64,000 bases of DNA from Nitrospirota bacterium (lineage in GTDB: Bacteria > Nitrospirota > UBA9217): the NCBI GenBank assembly GCA_963754875.1, contig CAVWHO010000016.1:128001-192000 (forward strand), written 5' to 3'. Both the position numbers and the translations under genes were made by a program. Shown here piece after piece: positions 51,785 through 63,447 of this stretch. The notes under the pieces were generated by a model. The model had not been told where the DNA came from and made no database searches. It saw nothing but the letters and a program-made list of their open reading frames with translations. The stretch's first letter is position 1. The number at the start of each line of letters is the position of its first letter.

Positions 51785-51857
51785 AATGATTCAGTTTTTA
51801 GTTTTAAGTTCTTAGTCACTCAGCACTAAAAACTCACAACTCATGACTGCGCATAAC

Positions 51858-51933
51858 TGGTGAGCCGGCTGGGATTCGAACCCAGGACACCCGCCTTAAA
51901 AGGGCGGTGCTCTACCAACTGAGCTACCGGCCC
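51858..51933 (-). tRNA. tRNA-Lys(TTT)
   Basis: GGGCCGGTAGCTCAGTTGGTAGAGC, loop CTTTTAA, GGTTCGAATCC, encoded CCA. Confidence 0.97.
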
Positions 51934-52001
51934 GCTCACGCGGTCTTCGCTAAAGCTGCATATAATAACAAAGAACCTCTGTCTTTGTCAATAGTAAATA
52001 C

Positions 52002-53358
<1,357 letters not shown>

Positions 53359-53443
53359 TTAAATTGAAGAATGTTAAGAAAATCCGACAAATTTTTTCTT
53401 TCCAATTTCCAATCTTCAATTCGTTCCGTCTTTTTCGGAACAA

Positions 53444-55021
53444 TCAAATTTTAACCTGCTTCACCGACAGTACGTTCGGGAGCTTCTTGATCTTTCCCAT
53501 GAGGTCATCGGACACAATGTTGTCGATGCTGACCACCGACATTGCAAGGCCGCCCTGTTTCTCGCGGCCGAACTGCATGCGTGCGATGTTGACCCCGTTC
53601 TGGCCCAAAAGCATGCCGATGCCGCCGATGACGCCGGGCTTGTCGTTGTTCATCAGCACGAGCATATCGCCCTCGGGTACCGTCTCCATCGGGAAATTGT
53701 CTACCTGAATGATGCGGGGCTCTTTTTTGCTGTTCAGCGTTCCCGAAGCGGACACGTCCTTGCCGCCTGCCTTGATCCTGAGCGTGATGAGGCTCGTGTA
53801 CTCCGTCGCTTCGCTCGATTTGGACACCTTGACGTCTATGCCGCGGTCCTTAGCGATGAGCGGAGCGTTCACGTAGTTCACATTCTCCTGGAGCGTCGGC
53901 GTAAGCAGCCCCTTGAGCGCTGCCAGCGTGATCGGTTCCTGCTTGAGGTTCGTCACCTCACCGCTGTATTCCACCGTCACCCGGGTGAGTCCCCCCTCGT
54001 AGAGCTGCGCAATGAACAGGCCCATACGCTCCGCAAGGTTGATGTAGGGCGAGAGCGTCGGGAGCTGGTCAGCGGGTACCGACGGCACGTTCACGGCATT
54101 CCGCACGGTCCCGGCAATGAGATAATCCACAACCTGTTCGGCCACGGCCACGGCCACGTTCTCCTGCGCCTCCAGCGTCGATGCGCCCAAGTGGGGTGTG
54201 GCGATAAAATTATCGAGCGTGAGAAGCGGGTGGTTCTCCGGCGGCTCCTTCTCGAACACGTCAAAGGCCGCTGCGGCGACTTTGCCGCTCTTCAGTGCCT
54301 CGTAAAGGTCCTGCTCGTTCACGATGCCGCCACGGGCGCAGTTGATGATGCGCACGCTGTCCTTCATCTGGCCGATCGTGTCCTTGTTGATAAGGTTCGC
54401 CGTTTCCTTGGTCTTGGGCGTGTGGACGGTGATGAAATCAGACCGTTTGTAGATCGTCGGGAGGTCTGCAAGCTCTATCCCGAGGCTCTTTGCCTTTTCC
54501 GTAGAAATGAACGGATCATAAGCCAGGACCTTCATGCCGAGACCGATGGCCCGGCTCGCAACGACGCCGCCGATGGCACCCAAGCCGACGATGCCGAGGG
54601 TCTTGTCGTAAAGCTCGACGCCCTCGAACTTTTTCTTTTCCCACTTGCCGGCCTTGAGCGAGGCATAGGCCTGCGGGATCATGCGGGCGCAGGCGAAGAT
54701 CATGCCGATGGTGTGTTCCGCTGTGGTGACCGTGTTCCCACCGGGCGTGTTCATGACTACAACACCTTTTTTTGTAGCGGCCGGGATGTCCACGTTGTCC
54801 AGACCGCTGCCCGCGCGGCCCACGACCTTAAGCTTCGTTGCTTTCTCGAGGAGTCCTGCCGTGACCTTCGTGGCCGAACGGATGATCAGGGCGTCATAAT
54901 CGCCGATGATCTTCTCGATCTCTTCGACCGAGGTCTTGCTCCGGGCATCCACGTCGAGCCCGGCCTTTTTCAGAATCTCCACCCCGATCGGGGAGAGGTT
55001 ATCGCTGATGAGAACCTTCAT
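53444..55021 (-). CDS. serA: D-3-phosphoglycerate dehydrogenase
   Basis: GRAGSGLDNVD, GLGAIG, NCARGG, TPHLGAST and C-terminal ASB/ACT domains. Confidence 0.96.
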   Translation of the reverse strand: MKVLISDNLSPIGVEILKKAGLDVDARSKTSVEEIEKIIGDYDALIIRSATKVTAGLLEKATKLKVVGRAGSGLDNVDIPAATKKGVVVMNTPGGNTVTTAEHTIGMIFACARMIPQAYASLKAGKWEKKKFEGVELYDKTLGIVGLGAIGGVVASRAIGLGMKVLAYDPFISTEKAKSLGIELADLPTIYKRSDFITVHTPKTKETANLINKDTIGQMKDSVRIINCARGGIVNEQDLYEALKSGKVAAAAFDVFEKEPPENHPLLTLDNFIATPHLGASTLEAQENVAVAVAEQVVDYLIAGTVRNAVNVPSVPADQLPTLSPYINLAERMGLFIAQLYEGGLTRVTVEYSGEVTNLKQEPITLAALKGLLTPTLQENVNYVNAPLIAKDRGIDVKVSKSSEATEYTSLITLRIKAGGKDVSASGTLNSKKEPRIIQVDNFPMETVPEGDMLVLMNNDKPGVIGGIGMLLGQNGVNIARMQFGREKQGGLAMSVVSIDNIVSDDLMGKIKKLPNVLSVKQVKI

Positions 55022-55157
55022 GAATCCTCCTGAATGCGATGTAACCACAGATGAACACGGTACGGCAACACTGATAAAAAAAAGTTTCTTTAAATTTGCT
55101 TTTTATCTGTGATCATCCGTGTGTCCGGTGCAGCCGGACCCGTGGTCCCAACCGCCA

Positions 55158-56294
55158 TTATTTCATCAATATTTCCTGGGCCGCGCCCACGCCGGTACCG
55201 AGTTTCACCGGATGGCCCAGGCCCTTAAGCACCATCTCGATGCCGGCGATAGCCGTGATCACGTCGAAGGTATCGGCATAGCCCAAGTGCGCGATACGGA
55301 AAATTTTGCCTTTGAGCTTGTCCTGCCCGCCTGCGCCGGTGATGCCGTACTTCACGCGCAAATCTTTGTAGATCGCCTGGCCGTCAACGCCCGCCGGCGC
55401 CTCGATTGCCGTCAGCGCATTGCTCGGGTTTTCTTTGGGGAACAGTTTGAGGCCCAGGGCCGTTGCTCCCGCTCTCGTCGCCTTTGCAAGCCTCGCATGG
55501 CGCGCCAGCACGTTTTCAAGCCCTTCATCCTGCAGCATCTTGATGCAGGAGTTGAGCCCGATGATGAGCGTCACTGCCGACGTGAAGAGGGTCTGGTTTT
55601 TGGCAAGATTTTCCCGTTCTTTCTTAAAGTTGAAGTAGAACTTCGGCGACTTGGCCGTATCAGCCATCTTCCAGGCTTTGTCGCTCACGGAAACGAAGGC
55701 GAGTCCCGGCGGGAGCATAACACCCTTCTGGGAACCGCCGACCATGACGTCGATACCCCATTCATCGGTCTTGAGATCGTGGGCCACGAGGGCCGAAATG
55801 GCGTCGACGACGAACAAGGCGTCGGTCTTTTTCACGACCGAGGCAACGGCCTTAATATCGTGGTACACGCCGGTCGATGTTTCGTTTGCTTGAATGAACA
55901 CGGCCTTGATCTTGGGATTTTTCTTGAGGCTGGCCTCGACCTGCTCGGGTTTCACGGCATAGCCCCATTCCACCACAATTTCCTCGACCTTCATGCCGTA
56001 GGCCTGGCAGATTTTGGTCCAGCGTTCGCCGAACTTACCGCCGTTCACGACGAGCACATCGTCACCGGGATTCAGAAAATTGTTCACCGAGCCGACCATG
56101 CCGCCGGTGCCGGTCGAACAAAGAATGAGCACGTCATTTTTGGTCTGGTAGAGCCACTGCAGGCCTTTCTTGGCTGAATCAAGAACGGGAAGAAAATCCG
56201 GTGCCCGATGGTGGATAATGGGCATGGCCATGGCCAGAAGCGCCTCTGGCGGTACCGGGGTCGGGCCAGGGGCCAAGAGATATTTTTTTTGCAT
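55158..56294 (-). CDS. Class V aminotransferase (serine/alanine-glyoxylate type; probable phosphoserine aminotransferase by context)
   Basis: PGPTPVP, NETSTGV, VDAIS, GSQKG (PLP Lys) and FRIAHLG; lies upstream of serA. Confidence 0.92.
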   Translation of the reverse strand: MQKKYLLAPGPTPVPPEALLAMAMPIIHHRAPDFLPVLDSAKKGLQWLYQTKNDVLILCSTGTGGMVGSVNNFLNPGDDVLVVNGGKFGERWTKICQAYGMKVEEIVVEWGYAVKPEQVEASLKKNPKIKAVFIQANETSTGVYHDIKAVASVVKKTDALFVVDAISALVAHDLKTDEWGIDVMVGGSQKGVMLPPGLAFVSVSDKAWKMADTAKSPKFYFNFKKERENLAKNQTLFTSAVTLIIGLNSCIKMLQDEGLENVLARHARLAKATRAGATALGLKLFPKENPSNALTAIEAPAGVDGQAIYKDLRVKYGITGAGGQDKLKGKIFRIAHLGYADTFDVITAIAGIEMVLKGLGHPVKLGTGVGAAQEILMK

Positions 56295-56551
56295 GAGTGT
56301 ATCCTCCAAAAGTAATGTAAGCAAAATCGATCGTCAGATTTTTATTAGGAACAATCGCGAAAACGGAGCTGAATTATGCTCTGAAGTAAATTAGCGTCCC
56401 GTCGGGGCGGGACCTATGCCCGGGGTTGGCATGTCGATGGGATAGAGTGGATGTCTGTGCTGTATCAAGGTAATGCTGCCTCTCTTTGGATAATTCAGGT
56501 GAAACATATTGACAGTAACATAAGCCGATGAAAATTGTCAAGAAAATAGTT

Positions 56552-56582
56552 AAGCCCGCAACCGTAAGAGCGTTGCGGGCTT
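56552..56582. terminator. Hairpin after the DUF1573 gene
   Basis: aagcccgcaac-N9-gttgcgggctt. Confidence 0.7.
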
Positions 56583-56600
56583 TCAGGGTATCCCCGAACC

Positions 56601-56996
56601 TTATTTTTGCACGACGTCCAGGATCAAGCTCAAGGTCAACACCGGACTCTTTCGGTCGTTTGAATAGAGGCTGACATGTTTTACCAGATGTCCGTTCTTT
56701 CCGGCTGTGTTCACATCTGCCTTTATCTGTCCCACGGTCCCCGGGTCAAGGTGATTAGAACTAATCACCGCAGCAGTGCAGCCTCAGGACGGCACGACCC
56801 GCTCAATATCCAGAGTCTCGTTCCCGCCGTTTCTGATTTCAAATACGTGACTTGCCAGGGTCCCCTCGACGACTTTACCGAAATCATATTGCACTTCCTT
56901 GGCGATGATCCTGGGCCCTTTTGACTCCTGCGCGGGCAGCACCCCCGCGAACCCGATCACAAGCACAACGACAATGACTGCGATGATCTTCTTCAT
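56601..56996 (-). CDS. DUF1573 Ig-like secreted protein, predicted selenoprotein (UGA at 56784-56786)
   Basis: YDFGKV...HVFEIRN.G...L.I..VVPS-UGA-GCTAA...LDPG...IKA.VNT...KHVSLYSND; the frame stays open for a further 60 codons to TAA. Confidence 0.85.
56750..56769 (-). promoter_or_regulatory. SECIS-like hairpin
   Basis: GGTGATTA-GTTC-TAATCACC begins 14 nt after the UGA; G is the first loop base. Confidence 0.7.
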
Positions 56997-57059
56997 GCCA
57001 AACGTCCCTCCACGCGGGTGCTTCATTCCGCATTCTCCCTCCCGCAATCCGCTTTCGTA

Positions 57060-57770
57060 TCAGAGCCCCATCTTTTTCTGGTAAATCATGCTGACCAGCT
57101 CGTCTCGGCTAATCAGCCCCTTCTCAATGAGGAGCGTCGTGAGCGCCTCCATCCGTATTTTTGTGTCCTGAAGTGCCTGCTGAGCCGATTCATCCTTGGA
57201 CAGGATAGGCGATGCCGCATCGTTCTCAGTCTGTTTCTGCATGCTGAGATCACTTCCGCGGATGATTTCCATCTTTCCGCCCGAAGAGTACGCTGCTCCC
57301 TGATAAAAAGGCTCGTTCTTTTGTTTGCGCGCGAACTCTTCGCCGTCGTAGTACTTTTTAATGGCGTCCCTGATCTCGGATTCAAGGGCCAGCGACGGTT
57401 TGATGTTCAGCCCTGTGATAAACCGGATCTCATCGATCGCCTCAATGTCGAGGGGATCCAGCATTGCCAGCGTGAGGTTACTCTTGTCCCGCCTAGCCGG
57501 GATCACGTGATATTTCTTCGCGACATCGGGCTTGATGAGCTTGATCACGTTCTCGGGAATTTCAGGCTCGAACAGGTTGACATAAGGGGTATGCAATTGT
57601 TCTGCGATCACCCTGGCCAGGTCTTCTTCTCTTATGAATTCCAGTTCAATAAAAATGGAACCGAGTTTTCCTCCCCAGTTCCGTTGGTGCGACAGGGCGG
57701 ACTGGAGCTGAAACTCATCGATAAGACCGGCTTCTTTGAGCATGTCGCCGAGTTTCTTTACCTCGGCCAT
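57060..57770 (-). CDS. MshEN/GSPII-E N-terminal domain protein (no ATPase)
   Basis: KLGDMLKEAGLI...QLQSAL..Q...KLGSI; AKKYHVIP; LAMLDPLD. Confidence 0.85.
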   Translation of the reverse strand: MAEVKKLGDMLKEAGLIDEFQLQSALSHQRNWGGKLGSIFIELEFIREEDLARVIAEQLHTPYVNLFEPEIPENVIKLIKPDVAKKYHVIPARRDKSNLTLAMLDPLDIEAIDEIRFITGLNIKPSLALESEIRDAIKKYYDGEEFARKQKNEPFYQGAAYSSGGKMEIIRGSDLSMQKQTENDAASPILSKDESAQQALQDTKIRMEALTTLLIEKGLISRDELVSMIYQKKMGL

Positions 57771-58021
57771 CGGATAAGCCCTCCTTGTACGAATACCAAT
57801 CGTCACTTCAATTAGGTTAAATTATATGCCGCGGGAACGGTGACTGTCAATGTTTTTTTGGACAAATATTTGAAGTTTCCCGTGCAGGGTTGTACGACGG
57901 TCACGGATAATAAAAAAATACAAGAGGGAAAAAGTGGGGAAAAAGAGCAAAAAGATCAGTCAAAACCATTTTTTGGATTTTCAGGTCACCTGATTCTCCA
58001 CCTCCTTATTGCTATCGGATA

Positions 58022-58807
58022 TTACGAATGATTAGGGCTTGCGTTTCGTATTGTATCTTCCGACTTCACCAGCAAATGCCTCAGATCAACGTCCGCAAGC
58101 GCGGCAAGCAGGCTTGCTTTGATGCCGGGGTGCTCCTGTTCAAGCCCAGAAAGCATTTTTTTTATCTTCACCCTTTTTTGGTCCTCGTCTCCGCAAGCGG
58201 GACAGGCGCAGCAGGCGATCGGGAAACCCGCTTCTGATGCGTAGCGGATGATATCATCCTCCGGTACATATACCAGGGGCCGGATGACCACATTCCGTCC
58301 ATCATCGGCACGCAGGAGCGGGGCCATTGCCTTTATGGCGCCATTATAGAATTGATTGAGCAATAGCGTCTCGATGAAGTCGTCCCGGTGGTGGCCGAGA
58401 GCCACCTTCGTGCATTCAAGTTCCCGGGCTTGCGTGTACAGCACGCCTCGTTTGATCCGGGAACAGAGAGCGCACGGCGTATCGTCGGGAGTTAGTTTCT
58501 CGAGCAGAAGCCGATGAATAGGCGCGGAAACAACATGATATTCAAAGTCGTGCGCCCGAAGATAATCTTCCATCAGCCCGGTTTGGAAGCCGGGAAAGCC
58601 GGGATGAACAGTAAGTGCGACGAGCGAAAAGGTGATTGGGGCACGCTGCCTGAGGCTGTCCAATATGTGGAGTAGTGTCCAGCTGTCTTTACCGCCCGAG
58701 AGCGCGACGAGGATCCGATCGTGGTTGTCGATCAGGCCGAAATCGCCGATGGCCTTGCCCGCAAGCCGGCGGATGTCATGTTCCCTGCGTTCTACTACGG
58801 TGCGCAT
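58022..58807 (-). CDS. ttcA: tRNA 2-thiocytidine synthase
   Basis: SGGKDS PP-loop, CALCSR, GHHRDD, IRPL, CPAC. Confidence 0.9.
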   Translation of the reverse strand: MRTVVERREHDIRRLAGKAIGDFGLIDNHDRILVALSGGKDSWTLLHILDSLRQRAPITFSLVALTVHPGFPGFQTGLMEDYLRAHDFEYHVVSAPIHRLLLEKLTPDDTPCALCSRIKRGVLYTQARELECTKVALGHHRDDFIETLLLNQFYNGAIKAMAPLLRADDGRNVVIRPLVYVPEDDIIRYASEAGFPIACCACPACGDEDQKRVKIKKMLSGLEQEHPGIKASLLAALADVDLRHLLVKSEDTIRNASPNHS

Positions 58808-58882
58808 GCGAAGAATGCTAATGCCTGCGGCCTCGGAAGTCAACATTTTTATGGGAGAATGTACCCGCTTTTACAAAAATAA

Positions 58883-58919
58883 AGGCCCCCGAATATCCAA
58901 TCCGGGGGCCCGTTTTTTT
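58883..58919. terminator. Terminator-like hairpin
   Basis: ggcccccg...cgggggcc flanked by A/T tracts. Confidence 0.65.
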
Positions 58920-58929
58920 CGATTCTTTT

Positions 58930-59277
58930 TTACCGTCTTCTCTTGGCCGCCTTCTTTTTCGCTTTCTTCTTTGTTGCTTTTTTCTTTGTCGCCTTTTTCT
59001 TCGCTGCCGCCTTCTTTGTCGCTTTCTTCTTCACTGCCTTTTTCTTGGCCGTTTTTTTCTTGGCTGCTTTCTTCGCAGTCTTTTTCTTCGCTTTCTTTTT
59101 TGCCGGTTTGGGCTTTGTTACGGCTGCCGCAGCCGAAGGAGCCGGCGGAACGTTAGCTTCCGTCGCCTCCAGTCCGCAGCAGTACACGGGCTCTTCGTAC
59201 ACATCTCCGGTCCTTGTAACGTCTATCTTTCTGCCGCACACCCTGCACTCATACTGCATGATTCTTTCCATAGCCAT
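58930..59277 (-). CDS. Desulforedoxin-like Cys4 domain fused to a histone H1-like Lys/Ala tail
   Basis: YECRVCG...YCCG followed by repeated KKKA(A/T); GGAGG RBS. Confidence 0.8.
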   Translation of the reverse strand: MAMERIMQYECRVCGRKIDVTRTGDVYEEPVYCCGLEATEANVPPAPSAAAAVTKPKPAKKKAKKKTAKKAAKKKTAKKKAVKKKATKKAAAKKKATKKKATKKKAKKKAAKRRR

Positions 59278-59488
59278 AGGCGTTGCCCTCCTTAGTAAGC
59301 TGATGACCCCGCTGCAGCGGGGCGGTATAACGCTCTGACGCTTTTACATCATGCGAGGATAACCATTTGGGGTCCTGCACAGAAACACCGCATACAGCGC
59401 GGATATTACTCTTATTTGTCAGATGGTACTGTAGAATCATCTACAATAAATGTCAAGCTTTTTCGTGGAATCTGTCATGAAATCGGGC

Positions 59489-59680
59489 CTAACACCACAT
59501 GCGGGGCTGCTTCTTATTCGCGTTGATCATCGCCGTTCTTCTCTTGTCCGCTTCCCTCAGTTCCCAGATCTTCTCCATGCCTTCGAGTGCCGAGGACAAC
59601 GCCTCATCAGTCTTTTTCCCTTCCCATTCCTTCGTCTCGGCGAGCCGATAGAGCTCCATGATAACGTCTTCAAGAGTCAT
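59489..59680 (-). CDS. Small hypothetical protein
   Basis: AAGGAG RBS, 63-aa helical ORF. Confidence 0.6.
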   Translation of the reverse strand: MTLEDVIMELYRLAETKEWEGKKTDEALSSALEGMEKIWELREADKRRTAMINANKKQPRMWC

Positions 59681-59753
59681 GCATAATCTCCTTTAAAAAC
59701 AATATGTTATTACAAATTACCCGGCAATTACCAGCAACCATTCCTTTGCCTAT

Positions 59754-59781
59754 AAAAAAACCGGGAGAAAAGTCTCCCGGT
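59754..59781 (-). terminator. Rho-independent terminator of nrdJ
   Basis: accgggaga-cttt-tctcccggt plus a T-tract on the minus strand. Confidence 0.8.
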
Positions 59782-59888
59782 AATGGTCATTTCATAACGT
59801 CCTCTTCTCTGCTGCAAACTGCAAACATCGAGACAACCGGATTATGCACATGACCTCCATGATCTGAACTTCCTGTCCTTTGATGCGA

Positions 59889-62237
59889 TTAGCCGCACTT
59901 CGAAAACCCGCAACCACGGCAAAAAGCGCAGCCTTCGCCGAACTCCAGGAGCCCGCCGCAGTCCGGGCATTCGGGGCAAAGGCCGAGGTGGTTCGTGTTC
60001 CCGCCTTTTGCGCAATCGGACGAGGTATAACCGACTGTCGGCTGGGCAGAAGAGGTCTTGTGGCGATGGCTCACATGCTCTTTTGTGTAACGTTCAAGCG
60101 CCCTGCCGATGGCATCGGGGCAGGACAGGATAGATCCGCCCTCACCCCAGGCCGGAGACGGGCAGCGAATGCCCTTTACCTGCTTGATGATGGAATCTAT
60201 GGACACTCCCGAGCGGAGCGCCAGCGAGACCATGCGGGAGACGGCCTCGGACTGGCTTGCGGCGCACCCACCGGACTTGCCCATGGTGGAGAAGACCTCG
60301 CAGATGCCTTCCTCGTCTTCGTTGATCGTGATATAAAGGTTGCCGCACCCTGTGGGAAGCTTCTGGGTTACGCCATGGGTGAGCGCGGGACGGCTCCTCG
60401 GCTTCTTCTCCTCGGCCAGCTCGGGCGAGGCCGAGGCGACCGTAACGTGCTGGTTTGTTGCAGCAGCTTTGCGCGCCTTTTCCGTGGCCCCGGTAGACAG
60501 CACCTGCTCGTCGCGGGAGCCGTCCCGGTAGATGGTCACGCCCTTGCAGCCGGTCTTGTACGCCAGCAGGTAGACTTTTTCGACGTCCTTCTTCACGGCG
60601 CTGTGCGGGAAGTTCACGGTCTTGGACACGGCATTATCGGTGTATTTCTGAAACGCCGCCTGCATGCGGATGTGCCACTCCGGGGTGATATCGTGGGCCG
60701 AGACAAAGACTTTCTGCACGTCCTCGGGAACGGTCTTGACGCCCGTGCATCCGCCGTGTTCTGCGATCTCCTTCATCAGGGACTCGGACGCGAACCCGCG
60801 GGCCTTCGCGACCCGCTCGAACACGGGGTTCACTTCGATCATTTCAGTGCCGTCGAGCACCTTGCGCACGAAGGAGAGCCCGAAGAGCGGCTCGATGCCG
60901 CTGGAACAGCCGGCAATGATGGACAGGGTGCCGGTGGGCGCGATGGTCGTAACCGTTGCGTTCCGGAGAGGCGCCATTCCCGGCTTATCGTAGATACTGC
61001 CTTTGAAGTTCGGGAAAGCGCCGCGCTCCTTGGCGAGTTCCTGGCTCATCTTCCGGCCCTCGTCGGTGATAAACTTCATTACGGACTCACCGACCCGCAC
61101 CGCTTCGTCAGAGTTGTAGGGGATGCCCATCTCGAGCAGCATGTCGGCGAAACCCATGACGCCGAGGCCTATCTTGCGGTTGGAGCGGGTCATCTCGCTG
61201 ATCTTGTCGAGGGGGTACCGGTTTGCATCGATCACGTTGTCCAGGAAATGGCAGGCCTGCTGCACCGTGTGCCGGAGCTTGTCGAAATCGATCGCCGTGC
61301 CGTGCTGCGCCAGCATCTTCGCCAGATTGATTGATCCCAGGTTGCAGGACTCGTACGGGAGCAGCGGCTGTTCACCGCAAGGGTTGGTGGACTCCACCAT
61401 GCCCACGTGCGGCGTAGGGTTGTACTGGTTGATGCGGTCCAAAAAGATGATGCCCGGGTCGCCGTTCTTCCAGGCCATGTTCACGATGGTGTCGAAGACC
61501 TTTCGGGCCTGGAGCCGTTTAACCACCGCCTTGCCGCGCGGGGTGACCAGGTCGTATTCGCCGTCCCTATCCACAGCGTCCATAAAGGTGTCGGTCATGG
61601 CAACGGAAATGTTGAAATTATTGAGCCGGTCGTTCTGCTGTTTGCAGGTGATAAAATCGAGGATGTCCGGGTGGTCTATTGACAGGATGCCCATATTGGC
61701 GCCCCGGCGCGTGCCCCCCTGCTTTACCGTCTCGGTGGCCGCATCGAACACGGTCATAAACGAGATCGGGCCCGAAGACACGCCCTTGGTGGACTTGACC
61801 ACGTCGTTCTTCGGACGGATGCGGGAGAAGGAGAAACCCGTACCGCCGCCTGACTTGTGGATAAGCGCAGCGTTCTTCACGGACTCGAAGATCTCGTCCA
61901 TGGAATCGCCCACGGGCAGCACGAAACAGGCCGACAGCTGGCCCAGTTCACGCCCCGCGTTCATGAGCGTGGGGCTGTTCGGCAGGAACTCGAGGGAGGT
62001 CATGAGGCGGTAAAACTCAGTCGCAGTCCGCTCCACATCTGCGTCGGACTTGCCGTAGGCGCGGTCGGCCTCGGCAATGGTTCGCGCCACGCGCGTGAAC
62101 ATGTCAACAGCCGTTTCAATAACAGTCCCGTCTTCGTTCCGCTTAAGATAGCGTTTTTCGAGAACCTTGAGGCAGTTCTCAGAAAGATTGAGGCCTTTGC
62201 CGGAAGCTGTTGTTGAAACAGAAGCTGCGCTCTTCAT
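59889..62237 (-). CDS. nrdJ: Vitamin B12-dependent (class II) ribonucleotide reductase with C-terminal TSCPD/zinc-ribbon
   Basis: PNSPTLMNAG, SACFV, TNPCGEQ, APTGT, LSCPDA and CPDC...CRGC. Confidence 0.95.
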   Translation of the reverse strand: MKSAASVSTTASGKGLNLSENCLKVLEKRYLKRNEDGTVIETAVDMFTRVARTIAEADRAYGKSDADVERTATEFYRLMTSLEFLPNSPTLMNAGRELGQLSACFVLPVGDSMDEIFESVKNAALIHKSGGGTGFSFSRIRPKNDVVKSTKGVSSGPISFMTVFDAATETVKQGGTRRGANMGILSIDHPDILDFITCKQQNDRLNNFNISVAMTDTFMDAVDRDGEYDLVTPRGKAVVKRLQARKVFDTIVNMAWKNGDPGIIFLDRINQYNPTPHVGMVESTNPCGEQPLLPYESCNLGSINLAKMLAQHGTAIDFDKLRHTVQQACHFLDNVIDANRYPLDKISEMTRSNRKIGLGVMGFADMLLEMGIPYNSDEAVRVGESVMKFITDEGRKMSQELAKERGAFPNFKGSIYDKPGMAPLRNATVTTIAPTGTLSIIAGCSSGIEPLFGLSFVRKVLDGTEMIEVNPVFERVAKARGFASESLMKEIAEHGGCTGVKTVPEDVQKVFVSAHDITPEWHIRMQAAFQKYTDNAVSKTVNFPHSAVKKDVEKVYLLAYKTGCKGVTIYRDGSRDEQVLSTGATEKARKAAATNQHVTVASASPELAEEKKPRSRPALTHGVTQKLPTGCGNLYITINEDEEGICEVFSTMGKSGGCAASQSEAVSRMVSLALRSGVSIDSIIKQVKGIRCPSPAWGEGGSILSCPDAIGRALERYTKEHVSHRHKTSSAQPTVGYTSSDCAKGGNTNHLGLCPECPDCGGLLEFGEGCAFCRGCGFSKCG

Positions 62238-62354
62238 AAATCTTCCTCCTCAAAATAGAATAAAATATGCAAACATAAACTCAGAAAGAGCACCCCGAAG
62301 GCTGCTCTAAAATAGTTATTTATGTTTGAAGGTTTTTTTAGGTAAAACGGAATG

Positions 62355-62402
62355 CTACTTTATTTAGTGGATCGAGGTAATTATAGCCACAAGATATTGT
62401 GT
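62355..62402. promoter_or_regulatory. Tandem NrdR boxes
   Basis: ctactttatttagtgg (62355-62370) and ccacaagatattgtgt (62387-62402), 32 bp apart, upstream of nrdJ. Confidence 0.75.
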
Positions 62403-62750
62403 TGTCAAACGATTTATAAAAAAACTTATCCCGGTGAAACATTCGGATTCATCCCGTTTAATGCGGTTTTTTTCAAGCATCTCTTACTTCTCAAGCGCCA
62501 GGCAAGGCCAAAATAAAACCGGGTGTTAAAAATGCAAGCCTGTGGCGGCTATTCTATTCGCGTTCATTTATCAAATAGGATTTTCGAGGAGTAGTTTTAT
62601 CTGGTTTTTCGAAAATGGGCCATACTTTTTGGGGCTGCGGTCCTTTTTTGACCACCGGAGAGACTGGTAATTATAAAATGGTTCTCGCACTGCTTTATTA
62701 GTATATGATGGTCCTTGCACACCCAGTGTCTCAGCGAAAAGGCTCTCATC

Positions 62751-63329
62751 TCATCCCTCTTTTGACAAGATAACTGCTCGACTAAACCGGATCTGCGGAG
62801 CATCGTTGATGCGGAATCCTGACTGCCGCGCGTATCCGAGGATCTCCTTAAACCTTCTATTCGGAACGTGCATTTTCGGTTCCGTGTAAAGGAATTTGCC
62901 CCCCTCTTTCAGGACAGCATGAATCTGACCAAAGAAAAGCGGAATATCCTTCACTTCATGGACCATCCAGAAGGCCAGCACGAAATCAACCGACTCCCGA
63001 AGCACAATGTCGTCATCTTTCGCACAAAGCGTGCGAATGCGGTCGGCTACTCCCGCTTTCCCGGCCCGTCTCTTCAGAAACTCCAGCATCTTCTCCTGAA
63101 GGTCCACTGCAACGACCGAGCCTTTCCCGCCGACCATCTTCGCCATGGCAATCGAAAAATATCCCATACCGCACCCGATGTCCGCAACAATCATTCCTTC
63201 CCGGACATAAGGGTCGACGATTCGTCCGGGGTCCTGGAAAACCCTGCGGAGGGGGTTATCGAAAGTCCAGATCAGCCACCACGGACAGACTCGGTCTTCT
63301 CTGGAAAAAGGGGGTTCGTGATCATTCAT
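62751..63329 (-). CDS. Class I SAM methyltransferase
   Basis: VCPWW, ADIGCGMGYF, VDLQ, AFWMVHEV. Confidence 0.9.
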   Translation of the reverse strand: MNDHEPPFSREDRVCPWWLIWTFDNPLRRVFQDPGRIVDPYVREGMIVADIGCGMGYFSIAMAKMVGGKGSVVAVDLQEKMLEFLKRRAGKAGVADRIRTLCAKDDDIVLRESVDFVLAFWMVHEVKDIPLFFGQIHAVLKEGGKFLYTEPKMHVPNRRFKEILGYARQSGFRINDAPQIRFSRAVILSKEG

Positions 63330-63447
63330 TTTTTGGAGGCACTCCTGCTGAAGTGTTGTATGGTTTAGGTTGGACTATTCACTCTTCCTCTTCTGTTGCT
63401 TATGACATAATAGCATCATTTGTACAAATTTTTTGTATGCCTTTTCA

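Noticed and set aside
59880..61334. Long plus-strand ORFs (e.g. 484 aa here, 352 aa at 55119, 131 aa at 58943)
   Set aside because: Antisense shadows of nrdJ, the aminotransferase and the Lys-rich gene, caused by codon bias; no motifs.
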